Under the pieces are notes generated by a model that saw nothing but the letters and a program-made list of their open reading frames with translations, did no database searches and was not told where the DNA came from. Position numbers and translations under genes: made by a program. Shown here in pieces: positions 51,367-61,560 of a DNA stretch of 64,000 nt. Source of the DNA: Cenarchaeum sp. (GTDB taxonomy: Archaea > Thermoproteota > Nitrososphaeria > Nitrososphaerales > Nitrosopumilaceae); the NCBI GenBank assembly GCA_965242695.1, contig CBDESU010000002.1, forward strand, positions 832,001 to 896,000, in the 5' to 3' direction. How positions within the stretch are numbered: the first letter of the stretch is position 1; each line of letters begins with the position of its first letter.

Positions 51367-52422
51367 CTAGGTTGCCGCCCTGCCGCGCCTCTTTTTGGCG
51401 GCCCCCCGCCCCCCGCCCTCCCGGCTCTCCCGCCCCCCGCCCTCCTCGGCCGCCCTCATCTCGCGCACGCTGTCTATAATCGATGCGCGCCCTCCAGGGC
51501 CCTCCTGGGTCAGGACTACGCGGATTGCATCGTACATCGAAACCCCCTCCAGCTCGCACGCCGCCTTGACCCTGGCCATCGTGAGGTCCCTCTCCCTCCC
51601 CTTCTCGCTGCGCGCCTTGCTGCGGCCCGTCGGCATCCTGACCCTGCCGAGCCCCTTTGGCGGCCGCCCGTCCCTCCAGCCCGCCCGGCTCAGCTCGGCC
51701 TGCCTGTCGGCCCTCAGGTGCCGCCGCGCATCGCCGAGCATGTAGCGCGGGTCGTGTTCGATCGCCTTTTCCCAGCTCTCGTGGGACTCGTCCTCCCTGC
51801 CCAGCCTGGAGAGCGCCACCGCCCTCTGGCAGTGCGCGAACGCGTACTCTGGGTTGAGGCGCAGCGCCGCATCAAGGCACCGCAGCGCCTCTTCCGGGCG
51901 CCCCGCATTGAGGTGGGCCGTTCCCATGTTCGCATGCCCCCTAAAGTTGGCCGGGTCGATCCTCACGGCCTCGCCGAACTCGGCGATCGCCGCCTCGTAG
52001 TCGCGCAGGCGGGCGTATATGTTGCCCATTGCGTGGTGGGGCCATCCCTCCTTGGGTCCGGACTCGATGGCCCGACCGCACCACACGCGCGCCTCTTCGA
52101 CGCGGTTTAGCGCGAGCAGCGACTCGGCCTTCTTGAGGAGCGCCGTCGTATGGTGGGGGTCAGCCTCGATGGCCCTGTCGTAGTGCGACATGGCCTCTTC
52201 CGTCCTCCCCAGCCCCAGCAGCGCATGCCCCATGGACACGTAGAGCTCGACATGGTCGCCCCCGAGCTCCATCGCCTCGCCAAGGCACTCGACCGCCTCC
52301 TCGTAGCGACCGAGCTCGTACATGTCCAGTCCGATGTCCATGGCCTCCGGCCACGTGCCGCCCCCCGCCCCTGGCGCCCGCGCCCTCTCGCGGCCTTCAG
52401 GCCGCCTGCCGCTCCGGGCCAT
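51367..52422 (-). CDS. TPR protein (paralog 3 of tandem array)
   Basis: About six TPR motifs plus shared C-terminal RYMLGDARRH...ACELEG domain. Confidence 0.85.
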   Translation of the reverse strand: MARSGRRPEGRERARAPGAGGGTWPEAMDIGLDMYELGRYEEAVECLGEAMELGGDHVELYVSMGHALLGLGRTEEAMSHYDRAIEADPHHTTALLKKAESLLALNRVEEARVWCGRAIESGPKEGWPHHAMGNIYARLRDYEAAIAEFGEAVRIDPANFRGHANMGTAHLNAGRPEEALRCLDAALRLNPEYAFAHCQRAVALSRLGREDESHESWEKAIEHDPRYMLGDARRHLRADRQAELSRAGWRDGRPPKGLGRVRMPTGRSKARSEKGRERDLTMARVKAACELEGVSMYDAIRVVLTQEGPGGRASIIDSVREMRAAEEGGGRESREGGGRGAAKKRRGRAAT

Positions 52423-52430
52423 GCCTCCGC

Positions 52431-53483
52431 CTACCCTCCAGCCCCCGCCTGCTTGCGCCTGCGCGCAGGCTCCCGCCGCTCCCGCCGCCCCTTCCCGCCC
52501 GCCCGCCTGTCTTCCGCCTTCATCCTCCGCACCCTTTCGGCGACGGGAACCGCCCCCGCCGGATCCCCGTCTCCCGACGCGATTGCGCGGAGCGCATCGC
52601 CGAGCGAAATGCCCTCCAGCTCGCACGCCGCCCTGAGCCTGGCCAGCATGAGATCTGTCTTCCTCCCCTCCTTGCCGCGCGCCTTTGCCCGGCCCCCTGG
52701 CATCCTGACCTCGCCGAGCCCCTTTGGCGGCTGCCCGCCCCTCCACCCGGCCCGGCTAAGCTCGGCCAGCCTGTCGGGCCTCATGTGCCGCCGCGCATCG
52801 CCGAGCATGTAGCGCGGGTCGCACTCGACGGCCCTCTCCCAGCTCTTCCGGGCCTCGCCCGTCCTGCCGAGCCTGCCGAGCGTCTCGGACTTTTGGCAGT
52901 GCGCGAACGCGTACTTTGGATTTAGGCGCAGCGCCTCGTCAAGGCACAGCAGCGCCTCTTCCGGGCGCCCCGCTGCAGTCAGCGACGATGCCATGTTGGC
53001 GTGCCCCCGAAAGTTGGCCGGATCGATCCTCACCGACTCGGAGAACTCGGCAATGGACGCCTCTATGTCCATGAAGTGGGCGTGGATCATGCCCATTGTA
53101 TGGTGCGACGGGGCATCGCCCGGGTCGGACTCGATGGCCCGACCGCACCACACGCGCGCCTCTTCGACGCGGTTTAGCGCGAGCAGCGACTCGGCCTTCT
53201 TGAGGAGCGCCATCGTATGGCGCGGGTCCGCCTCGATGGCCCTGTCAAAGTGCGCCATGGCCTCTTTTATCCTGCCCGCATTCTGCAGCGACTGCCCCAT
53301 GAACGCGTGGGGGTTGGCGTGGCCCTCGCCGCCGAGCGCCAGCGCCTTTTCAAAGCACTCGGCAGCCTCCTCGCCGCGCCCCTGCTCGTTCAGGCTGTAC
53401 CCGCGCTCCATGGCCTCTTCCCACGCGCCGTCTCCCCCGCGCCCCCTCCCGCGGCCCTCTCGACGACTGCTGCTCCGGGCCAC
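52431..53483 (-). CDS. TPR protein (paralog 2 of tandem array)
   Basis: Same architecture; long near-identical DNA blocks shared with neighbours. Confidence 0.85.
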   Translation of the reverse strand: MARSSSRREGRGRGRGGDGAWEEAMERGYSLNEQGRGEEAAECFEKALALGGEGHANPHAFMGQSLQNAGRIKEAMAHFDRAIEADPRHTMALLKKAESLLALNRVEEARVWCGRAIESDPGDAPSHHTMGMIHAHFMDIEASIAEFSESVRIDPANFRGHANMASSLTAAGRPEEALLCLDEALRLNPKYAFAHCQKSETLGRLGRTGEARKSWERAVECDPRYMLGDARRHMRPDRLAELSRAGWRGGQPPKGLGEVRMPGGRAKARGKEGRKTDLMLARLRAACELEGISLGDALRAIASGDGDPAGAVPVAERVRRMKAEDRRAGGKGRRERREPARRRKQAGAGG

Positions 53484-53501
53484 GCCTTGTCCCTCCGCCC
53501 C

Positions 53502-54647
53502 TCACGCGGGCGCCCTGCCCCGCCCGCGGCCGGCGCCCTTTCGCCGCCCCGTGCCGCCCCGAAGCAGCTGATCGAGGCGCCCTGCGAGGTCTTCCCCGCG
53601 GCCGGCGCCCTTTCGCCGCCCCGTGTCGCCCCCGCCCTTCCCCGCCGCCCTCCCGGCCCCCGCCTTCCGCGCCCTTTTGGCTGTGGTGGTGGTGGTGACC
53701 CGCCTTGCCTCCACCGTCCTCTCCGACATGATCGCGTCGAATGCATCGGCCGGCGAAATCCCCTCCATCTCGCACGCCGCCATGAACCTGGCCAGCGCAA
53801 GGTCGCTCTCCCTGCCCTTTTCGCTGCGCGCCTTCATCCGCCCGCTCGGCATCCTGATCCTGCCGATCCCCCTTGGCGGCCGCCCGTCCCTCCAGCCCGC
53901 CCGGTTCAGTTCGGCCTGCCTGTCCGCCCTCAAGTGCCTCCCCGCATCGCCGAGCATGTAGCGAGGGTCGTGCTCGACCGCCTTTTCCAGGCTCTTCTGG
54001 GCCTCGCTCTCCCTGCCCAGCATGCCGAGCGCCATGGCCCTCTGGTAGTGCGCGAACGCGTACTCGGGATTGACGCGCAGCGCGGCGTCGAGGCACTCGA
54101 GCGCCTCTTCCGGGCGCCTCGCATTGAGGTGGGACGCTCCAATGTTCGCGCACCCCCTAAAGTTGGTCGGGTCGATCCTCACGGACTCGCCAAACTCTGC
54201 AATCGCCGCCTCAAAGTCGAGCAGGCGGGAGTATATGTTGCCCATTACGTGGTGGGGCGCGGCATCGTCGGGGTCGGACTCGACGGCCCGCCCGCACCAT
54301 ACGCGCGCCTCCTCGACGCGGTTTAGCGCTAGCAGCGCCTCGGCCTTCTTGAAGAGCGCCATCGTATGGCGGGGATCCGCCTCGATGGCCCTGCCAAAGT
54401 GCGCCATGGCCTCTTTCACCCTGCCCATGTCCTGCAGCACGTGCCCCATGAACGCGTGGGGGTCGGCGTGGCCCTCGCCCCCGAGCGCTATCGCCTCGCC
54501 AAAGCACTCGGCCGCCTTCTCGTAGCGCCCGCGCCTCTTCAGGCTGTACCCGCGCTCCATGGCCTCTTCCCACGCGCCGCCGCGCGCCCCGCCGGCCTTT
54601 TCCCGCCGCCGCCTGCTCTTCTCGCCCATGCCGCCGCCGCCGCCCAC
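53502..54647 (-). CDS. TPR protein (paralog 1 of tandem array)
   Basis: Same architecture; start is GTG 54647 or ATG 54629. Confidence 0.85.
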   Translation of the reverse strand: MGGGGGMGEKSRRRREKAGGARGGAWEEAMERGYSLKRRGRYEKAAECFGEAIALGGEGHADPHAFMGHVLQDMGRVKEAMAHFGRAIEADPRHTMALFKKAEALLALNRVEEARVWCGRAVESDPDDAAPHHVMGNIYSRLLDFEAAIAEFGESVRIDPTNFRGCANIGASHLNARRPEEALECLDAALRVNPEYAFAHYQRAMALGMLGRESEAQKSLEKAVEHDPRYMLGDAGRHLRADRQAELNRAGWRDGRPPRGIGRIRMPSGRMKARSEKGRESDLALARFMAACEMEGISPADAFDAIMSERTVEARRVTTTTTAKRARKAGAGRAAGKGGGDTGRRKGAGRGEDLAGRLDQLLRGGTGRRKGAGRGRGRAPA

Positions 54648-54659
54648 CGCCAGCGCGGC

Positions 54660-55583
54660 CTATTTGTGTCTGCGGGCTGTTCGCCGCCCCACTCCCGCCG
54701 CAGTACCGCCCCGGCCGCCCCCTCCGACTATCCTGCGTATCCACTCGTCGGGGAACGTGATCCGCTTGGGTATGAACAGGTCGGTCGACCCGACTCCCCG
54801 GGTCTCCCTCACGGCAGCGGTCAGGTTGTCGAGCTCGAATATGTCCCTGCTGTACATGAACAGGACGATGTGGTTCCTTGCAACGAACGGCGTCTGCAGG
54901 TAGCTCTTGCCGAACCGCCTGTTGAGCCTGCCTAGCATCCGCCCGGCCTCCCCGTCGGTCCACGCGAGGACCACGTGCGGTATGTATCCGTCGATCCTCG
55001 TCGGGTCGTACACGGCAGAGAACCGCACGGCGCCGTTCCCCTGCAGCTTCTTGATCGACCTTGCGACCGTCCTCGTCGACAGGCCGAGGTCGCCGGCTAT
55101 CTCGGCCGCGCCCCTCCTCGGATCCTCGACGAGCCGGCCCACGACGGCCAGGTCGGTGCCGGCCACGCCTCCTCCCTCCCCGCCCCCTGCCCCGCCTGCC
55201 TCGAACATGCTCAGCACCCTCACGTCGCGCATCAGGCCGCGCGCCAGCTCGATCCCCCGCTCCACCTCGTCCCTGGCCACTATCCCGCATACGGTGACGC
55301 CGCCGACGCACGGCACGATCAAGAACGGCTCGCCGACGAGCCGCACCTGCCCGGCTATCTCGTCGTAGTCCCTGCCCGTCACTACGACGTAGAACACGCC
55401 GCGGCCGAGCACGGGCGGCTCGACCTGCAGCGAGAACCGCTCAATGGCGCCGGACGCGATCATCTTTGCGACGCGGGCCCCGACGGCCCCGCCGGACACG
55501 CCGAGGGCCCTGCCCGTCTGGCGGTTCGACTCGCGGCAGTTGTTGAGGAGGCGCCCGAGAATGCGCATGTCTAGGCTGTCCAA
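54660..55583 (-). CDS. Tandem Lrp/AsnC-family transcriptional regulator
   Basis: Two HTH modules (LD.RIL..L..NCR.S...G and IAGDLGLSTRTVARSI.KL). Confidence 0.88.
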   Translation of the reverse strand: MDSLDMRILGRLLNNCRESNRQTGRALGVSGGAVGARVAKMIASGAIERFSLQVEPPVLGRGVFYVVVTGRDYDEIAGQVRLVGEPFLIVPCVGGVTVCGIVARDEVERGIELARGLMRDVRVLSMFEAGGAGGGEGGGVAGTDLAVVGRLVEDPRRGAAEIAGDLGLSTRTVARSIKKLQGNGAVRFSAVYDPTRIDGYIPHVVLAWTDGEAGRMLGRLNRRFGKSYLQTPFVARNHIVLFMYSRDIFELDNLTAAVRETRGVGSTDLFIPKRITFPDEWIRRIVGGGGRGGTAAGVGRRTARRHK

Positions 55584-55761
55584 TGTGCCGTCCTTTGCCC
55601 CCCGTCAGGCCCCGCCCCGTACTCCCTGCTTATAAGAATGACCTGTATGCGGCCTGGCAGGCCGTCCTGCGTCCTGTACGCGCCCCCGCCAGGCGCCAAA
55701 TGTCCATTCTGGCCAGTATACTTGGGCAATCCCTTATATATCGGACGCGCCGCGCGCCCGC

Positions 55762-56949
55762 GTGGACTACCGGCTCAACCTCGCCAAGAGGATGCTCTTC
55801 AACAAGAGGGGCAGCCTGACGGCGGCCGTCCTGGCCGTGACTGTCGGCATACTCGTCATACACGTAAACTTTGTCATATTCCAGGGGCTGTTCGACGCAA
55901 TCGTGCGCGACCTGACCGACTACCAGTTCGGCGACATACAGATTACAGACGAGAACGACTACATCGACAGGTCCGACACGGCCCTGATCAGCTGGCTCGA
56001 GCGCATCCCGTATGTCGAGGCGGCCGCGCCGCGACTGACGTCGTCGGCCGAGATCAACGCGACCCGGTTCGGGCAGCGCCACGAGGAGTCGCGCGTGCCG
56101 GTCGTCGGCGTGGACCCGTTCCGCGACGTGCGCGCCTCGACCATACACGAGACCGTCTCGGACGGGCAGTACGTGTTCTCGCGAAACTCGCTCGTCGTCG
56201 GCAGCAGCATCGCGCGCGACCTCGGAGGGGTGGAGGTCGGTGACAACCTCCGCCTGATGATCGTCGACAGGTGGGGGCAGGAGCAGCTCCGGCGGTTCGC
56301 CGTGACCGGGATAGTCTCGTCGCCGGGCGGGCAGGGGTTCGACTACAGCGTCGTCATGCACATAGAGACGCTGCGCGACATGATGAGCAGGCCCGGCGAC
56401 ACGGGCAGCATAATGGTAAAGATGCGCGACCCGGACAGGTCGGCCGAGGTGCGCGACTACTTTGTCTCGGCGTTCCCCAACGACGACTTTGAGGCGCAGA
56501 CTATAGAGGAGGCGGCCGAGCAGCAGCTCGCCGGGTTCCGCTCTGGCATTGCGATGATCAACATGATCGGCTACTTTGGGATGATGTCGTCGGCGTTTGC
56601 GATCGTCACGATCCAGATGATGCTAGTCAACGGCAAGACGCGCGAGATCGGCATAATGAGGGCGATAGGCGCGCGGCGCCGCGACATACTCGTCATATTC
56701 GTCATGCAGGGGATGATAATCGGGGCGGTCGGGGCCGGGACGGGCACCGCCGTCGGGCTCGCCTACACCTTCTACGCCAAGGAGACGAAGATGTCGTTCT
56801 CGGGCAGCATACCGCTCGAGGTGTCGTACGACTGGGGCAAGATATCGCAGACGGCGCTCATGTCGTTCGGGCTCGCCGTCGCCGCCTCGCTGTACCCGTC
56901 GTACAAGGCGACGCGGATGATGCCCGTGGAGGCGATGCGCAATGCCTAG
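55762..56949 (+). CDS. MacB/LolE-type ABC permease
   Basis: N-terminal TM, extracellular domain, KTREIGIMRAIGA, YPS.KA. Confidence 0.93.
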   Translation: MDYRLNLAKRMLFNKRGSLTAAVLAVTVGILVIHVNFVIFQGLFDAIVRDLTDYQFGDIQITDENDYIDRSDTALISWLERIPYVEAAAPRLTSSAEINATRFGQRHEESRVPVVGVDPFRDVRASTIHETVSDGQYVFSRNSLVVGSSIARDLGGVEVGDNLRLMIVDRWGQEQLRRFAVTGIVSSPGGQGFDYSVVMHIETLRDMMSRPGDTGSIMVKMRDPDRSAEVRDYFVSAFPNDDFEAQTIEEAAEQQLAGFRSGIAMINMIGYFGMMSSAFAIVTIQMMLVNGKTREIGIMRAIGARRRDILVIFVMQGMIIGAVGAGTGTAVGLAYTFYAKETKMSFSGSIPLEVSYDWGKISQTALMSFGLAVAASLYPSYKATRMMPVEAMRNA

Positions 56950-57748
56950 ATCAAGCGGGAGCCCCGCCCTGAGCATACGGGGGCTCGGCAAGGTGTACGG
57001 GGAGGGGGCGGCCCGCACGCGCGCCCTGCGCGACGTCTCGCTAGAGGTGGCGAGGGGCGAGTTCGTACTGATCGTGGGCAGCTCGGGGTCGGGCAAGTCG
57101 ACGCTGCTCAACATGATAGGCCTGCTCGACAGGCCGACGACGGGCACGATACTGCTAGACGGGACGGACGCGACGGGCCTGCCCGACGGCGACGTCTCGT
57201 CGCTGCGCAACCGCAAGCTCGGGTTCATATTCCAGTTCTCAAACCTGCTCGCAGACCTGACCGTGCTAGAGAACGTGATGCTCCCCGGCCAGATCGCCGG
57301 CGCCGAGCGCGCCGACAAAGAGTACGCCGAGAGGCTGCTGCGCGCCGTCGGGCTGTCCGGGCAGATGCACAAGCGGGCCAACAAGATATCCGGCGGGCAG
57401 GCGCAGCGGGCGGCCATTGCGCGCGGGCTCGTCAACAGGCCGGCCGTCGTGCTCGCCGACGAGCCGACCGGAAACCTCGACTCGGTGACGGCGGCGACGA
57501 TCGTGCAGCTTATGAAGTCGCTTGCGGCAAATCTCGGGCTTACGTTCATCATCGTAACGCACGACCGGCACCAGTTCGGCGACGTCGACCGCGTCGTCAC
57601 GATAAAGGACGGCCGGGCGTTCGAGGGCGAGCAGGACGGGCACGGCGAGCACGGCGAGCACGGCGAGCAGGATGCCGCGGCCGCGGCGCCGCCCGAGCCT
57701 GTTGCGGCAGCCGACGCGGGCGAAAGAGGGGAGGCGGTGCAGGCTTGA
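56942..57748 (+). CDS. LolD-type ABC ATPase
   Basis: GSSGSGKST, ISGGQAQR, LADEPTGNLD, VTHD. Confidence 0.95.
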   Translation: MPRSSGSPALSIRGLGKVYGEGAARTRALRDVSLEVARGEFVLIVGSSGSGKSTLLNMIGLLDRPTTGTILLDGTDATGLPDGDVSSLRNRKLGFIFQFSNLLADLTVLENVMLPGQIAGAERADKEYAERLLRAVGLSGQMHKRANKISGGQAQRAAIARGLVNRPAVVLADEPTGNLDSVTAATIVQLMKSLAANLGLTFIIVTHDRHQFGDVDRVVTIKDGRAFEGEQDGHGEHGEHGEQDAAAAAPPEPVAAADAGERGEAVQA

Positions 57749-59535
57749 CCGCCCCGTCCCGCAGTTCTGCCCCCGCACTGCTTGCCGTTGCCGCCGCCGC
57801 GGCTGCAGTGGCAGTGGCAGCCGCATCCGCCGCCCCCGCGGCGCACGCGCAGGTCGGCACCGCCGACTCGCCGTTCGAGCGCGAGTACGGCGACGTAAAG
57901 TTCCTCGACGCCTACTTTGGGACCGTCGACGAAAAGCTAGAGGTCTCGGCCGGCGACCTCAACGTGCCGCTCACGGTCGTCTTTGCAAACGTCGGCACGC
58001 AGGACATTACGGGGATACGCGGGCAGCTGTCCGTCCCGCTAGACTTTTCGTCGGCGGCGGGGTCGGGCACGCTCGTCGTGGCCGACAGCGACGCAAACTC
58101 GCTCGCGGGCAGCAACTTTGCACTGACGTTCTTTGTCGACGTGGGGCCCGCCGCCGGCGCCGGCACGTACCCCGCGTCGGCCCGCGTCGACTATTCCCGG
58201 GTGCGCGAGTCGGGCGAGCGCTCGGTCGCGTTCGAGTTTACGTTCCGCGTCACGGGCGACAGCGTAATCAACATGAGGGCGCCGGACCCGTTCGTCGACT
58301 CGCTCCGGACGGACCGCGTCACGGTCGAGATCACCAACGACGGGACGGCGCCGGCGTCCGGCGTCGAGATCGAGCTGCTCAACGACGGCGCGGCCGGATC
58401 AGGCGCGGCCGGAATGGCGGCGCAGGCGGCCCCCGACGACGTCCTCTTCCAGGGCAGCTACTGGGACATCGGCAACCTGGGGCCGGGCGAGTCCAAGCAC
58501 ATCGAGTTCGGCGTGTACGCGCCGGCCTCGCTGCGCGGCGAGACGTTCAGCGCGCCGATGCGCGTGACGTACCTCAACTCGCACGGCGATGCGGCGGCGA
58601 TCTCGCGCGACGTCGACTTTTACGTGCGCGAGGTCATCGACGCGACCGGCGACAGCGTAATCAACGTGAAGGCGCCGGATCCGTTCGTCGACTCGCTGCG
58701 CACAAACTCGGTGGTCGTCGAGATCGCCAACGACGGGACCGAACCCGCATCGGCCGTCGATATCGAGCTGCTCAACGCGCCGGGCGCGGCGGCCGCGTCC
58801 GGCCCGGGGTCGGCGACGAACGTAGAGAATGTCGTCATACAGCGGACGAACTGGGACATTGGTGACCTGGGGCCGGGCGAGACGAGCACGATTGGCTTTG
58901 ACGTGTACGTGCCGGCCTCGCTGCGCGGCGAGACGTTCCGCGCCCCCCTGCAGCTTACCTACATGAACTCGCACGGCGACAGGGCCGAGGTCGTGAGGGT
59001 CGTCGACTTCTTCGTGAAGGGGCTCATCGACGCGTCCGTGTACAACGTCGGGACGATCGAGCTGTCCGGCCGGCAGACCGTAATAGGCGAGATCATCAAC
59101 GAGGGCAACGAGGACGCCCTGTTCGGGTTCGTCACGGTCTCGCCGCGCGCCGGCTCGAACATCGCGGAGACGACGCAGTTCATCGACGAGATCGAGACCG
59201 ACTCGCCGGTGCCGTTCAACGTGCCGGTCGAGTTCGACGGCGAGCCGCGGTACGGCGAGCACGACATTACGGTGACGGTCCGCTACAAGGACTCGCTGAG
59301 GGAAGAGCACTTTGTCGTGCACGACGCGACCGTGACGATAGAGGCGCCCGAGCCCGAGCCCGGGGGGCCCCTCGACTCGGAGGGCGGCCCGCCGACCGAG
59401 GCGATTCTGATCTCCGTTGTGGCGGCCGCGGCCGTTGCCGCGGCCCTGCTGGTTAGGAGGCGGCGCAGGCGCCGGCTGGAGAAGAGGCGCGCGGCCGAGG
59501 CAGAGGCCGACGCCGGCGACATCGGCGGGCTTTGA
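57745..59535 (+). CDS. COG1361-like S-layer/Ig-domain protein with internal duplication
   Basis: Signal peptide, repeated GDSVIN..APDPFVDSLRT...WDIG.LGPGE...ASLRGETF module, C-terminal TM plus RRRR. Confidence 0.85.
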   Translation: MTAPSRSSAPALLAVAAAAAAVAVAAASAAPAAHAQVGTADSPFEREYGDVKFLDAYFGTVDEKLEVSAGDLNVPLTVVFANVGTQDITGIRGQLSVPLDFSSAAGSGTLVVADSDANSLAGSNFALTFFVDVGPAAGAGTYPASARVDYSRVRESGERSVAFEFTFRVTGDSVINMRAPDPFVDSLRTDRVTVEITNDGTAPASGVEIELLNDGAAGSGAAGMAAQAAPDDVLFQGSYWDIGNLGPGESKHIEFGVYAPASLRGETFSAPMRVTYLNSHGDAAAISRDVDFYVREVIDATGDSVINVKAPDPFVDSLRTNSVVVEIANDGTEPASAVDIELLNAPGAAAASGPGSATNVENVVIQRTNWDIGDLGPGETSTIGFDVYVPASLRGETFRAPLQLTYMNSHGDRAEVVRVVDFFVKGLIDASVYNVGTIELSGRQTVIGEIINEGNEDALFGFVTVSPRAGSNIAETTQFIDEIETDSPVPFNVPVEFDGEPRYGEHDITVTVRYKDSLREEHFVVHDATVTIEAPEPEPGGPLDSEGGPPTEAILISVVAAAAVAAALLVRRRRRRRLEKRRAAEAEADAGDIGGL

Positions 59536-59556
59536 TCTGGCGCGCCGGCGGCCGCC

Positions 59557-60057
59557 TCACGCCATCATCTCTCCGAGCCGCGCGCGTATCTCGCCGATCG
59601 TCCGGTCGTCTAGCCCGTCGCCAAAGGCGTCGACCGCCGCGACGAACCCGCACGTCTGATCGACTAGCCGTTCGCCGGCCCCCTCTCCCAGGTCGTACTC
59701 TCCCCCGCAGTTCTGCGCAGACATCCCGATCTCCTTGGATGCCGCGAGGTCGTCGGCCAGGGCCCCTAGGGAGGCATCGCCAAAGGCCTTTCTGAATGCG
59801 GCTACCGTGCAGTCGTGAATCTCGCACCTTACGCCGACCTGCATGAACAGCGCGTACACGGCGTGGTACTTTGCATAGTAGCTGGCCGAGGCGGCCCATG
59901 TTCCTACGCCGGACCCGGCAAGCGCCTGCAAGGCGGCGATCGACTCGCGAGACTTTTTCCTGTGAGCCTGCCTGAGGCGCTCCGACGCATCGACAAGGCG
60001 GATCCCCCTGCGCTGCCTGGCGCACCACTCTATGTACGATTGATCACCCTTCAGCAT
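59557..60057 (-). CDS. HEPN-domain protein
   Basis: W...ASYYAKYHAV.AL...G.....H; overlaps the upstream MNT gene. Confidence 0.8.
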   Translation of the reverse strand: MLKGDQSYIEWCARQRRGIRLVDASERLRQAHRKKSRESIAALQALAGSGVGTWAASASYYAKYHAVYALFMQVGVRCEIHDCTVAAFRKAFGDASLGALADDLAASKEIGMSAQNCGGEYDLGEGAGERLVDQTCGFVAAVDAFGDGLDDRTIGEIRARLGEMMA

Positions 60058-60655
60058 ACTTTTTCCACGCTGCCCGGCACAGCCCGTCGGCCCCCTTTAG
60101 CGTTATGTGGTTTGCCAGTATCTCGCCGGCCAGCGGGCTGTCGCGGCGCAGCATCTCGGCAAAGCGCGCCTCGGTCTCGTGCTTTACGTCGAACCTTACG
60201 CCCGTTGTCAGCGAGAGGCGCCGCACGACGCCGGCGTCGGGCCTCTTTCGCCCCAGTACGAGCAGGTCCATGTCGCTCTGCTCGTCGTGCTCTTCCCTCG
60301 CATAGCTGCCGAACAGGACGATGGCCCCGTCCGCGTGCGCATCGAGGTCCTCGAGGGCCCTCTTTGCAAGGTAGTTGCGGCCCATGTACGCGGCGGCCGC
60401 GTGGTACTCGGCCATGGCCAGGTAGTTTCGGGCCACCGGGTTGCGCAGGTTCAGCGAGTACACGAGGTTGCGGCCTGCCCTGGCCACCCTGAGGATGCCG
60501 ATCCCCTCGAGCCGTCCCAGCTGGAGGCGGGCGGCCGTCATGTCGGCTCCGATCCTCCTGCCGGCCTCCCTTACGTGGAGCTGCAGGCGGTAGTCGAGGG
60601 CGTACAGGCGCAGCAGGCGCAGGGTGGTGTGCGTCAGGCGGTATTTGTCCATCAT
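60044..60655 (-). CDS. wHTH-fused minimal nucleotidyltransferase (MNT)
   Basis: HVRE..R HTH, VLFGSYAR....SDMDLLV. Confidence 0.88.
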   Translation of the reverse strand: MMDKYRLTHTTLRLLRLYALDYRLQLHVREAGRRIGADMTAARLQLGRLEGIGILRVARAGRNLVYSLNLRNPVARNYLAMAEYHAAAAYMGRNYLAKRALEDLDAHADGAIVLFGSYAREEHDEQSDMDLLVLGRKRPDAGVVRRLSLTTGVRFDVKHETEARFAEMLRRDSPLAGEILANHITLKGADGLCRAAWKKYAEG

Positions 60656-60729
60656 ATGATGGCCAAATCCGTCAGTAATATAGGTATGGGCGCCCGCCTG
60701 CGGCCTGCTGCGGCAGCTGGCGGCGCCCC

Positions 60730-61560
60730 TTGCCGAGTCCCGGCCGGGGCGCGGGGCAGGTTCGCCTCCGCACCGGCGGATTGCATATAGGGGGCGCGTT
60801 CCTTTCCGCCCTTGTGCAGGCGGCGCAGGGGCAGGGGGAGGCGGGACGGGCCGCGTGGCGGAGCGGCGAAGGCGCCGGCGCTGCCGGGGACGGCAGGGCC
60901 GAGTTCAGGGAGATGTTTATCTCGCTCGTCGATCCGGCCGGCCTGCTCGACATGGAGAAGTGTAGCAGGACGGCCGGCCTCATGGCGGATTCGGCGTCCC
61001 GGTCCGGCTACCGCGCCGGCGCCAGGATGGCGTCCCTCTTAATCGACATCTTTGCGGACATGGCCGATATAGTCAACAGGCCCGTCGAAGACGGCGCACT
61101 GGGTTGCACCCAGAACGGGTTTCGCCACATGATCGGCGTGCTGTACGACACGGCTAGGGCGTACAGGGCAGGCGGGGATGCCGAGCCGGTGGGCGAGCTG
61201 AAGGAGGCAAGGGCGGCCATCGCAAAGCTCAGGATCAAGGCCGACGCGCGCCGCGAGTACGTGAGGGCCGCCGGCCCGCCCGGCGCCGGCCTCTCGGGGC
61301 TCGACAGGTGCTACATGGGCAGGCTCTGCCGGGACGTCGTAAGAAAGGCCCAGGAGGAGGTGCGCGAGCAGGAAAAGGCATGGGGACACGATCCCATATT
61401 CCCACCAGAGCCAAAGCCGATCGAGTCTCCGGACGACGGCCTCAACCTGTCGGGGCTCCAAACGATGCAGCTGATGGAAGGCAACATCCCGGACGGGTAC
61501 GAGCTGGTCAAGGTCGAAGAGCTAGACGAACTGCGGAGGCGCGCCGGCTGTGCATCCTGA
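60730..61560 (+). CDS. Hypothetical helical protein, copy A (start uncertain)
   Basis: ORF preserved in a 936-bp-period duplication. Confidence 0.55.
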   Translation: MPSPGRGAGQVRLRTGGLHIGGAFLSALVQAAQGQGEAGRAAWRSGEGAGAAGDGRAEFREMFISLVDPAGLLDMEKCSRTAGLMADSASRSGYRAGARMASLLIDIFADMADIVNRPVEDGALGCTQNGFRHMIGVLYDTARAYRAGGDAEPVGELKEARAAIAKLRIKADARREYVRAAGPPGAGLSGLDRCYMGRLCRDVVRKAQEEVREQEKAWGHDPIFPPEPKPIESPDDGLNLSGLQTMQLMEGNIPDGYELVKVEELDELRRRAGCAS

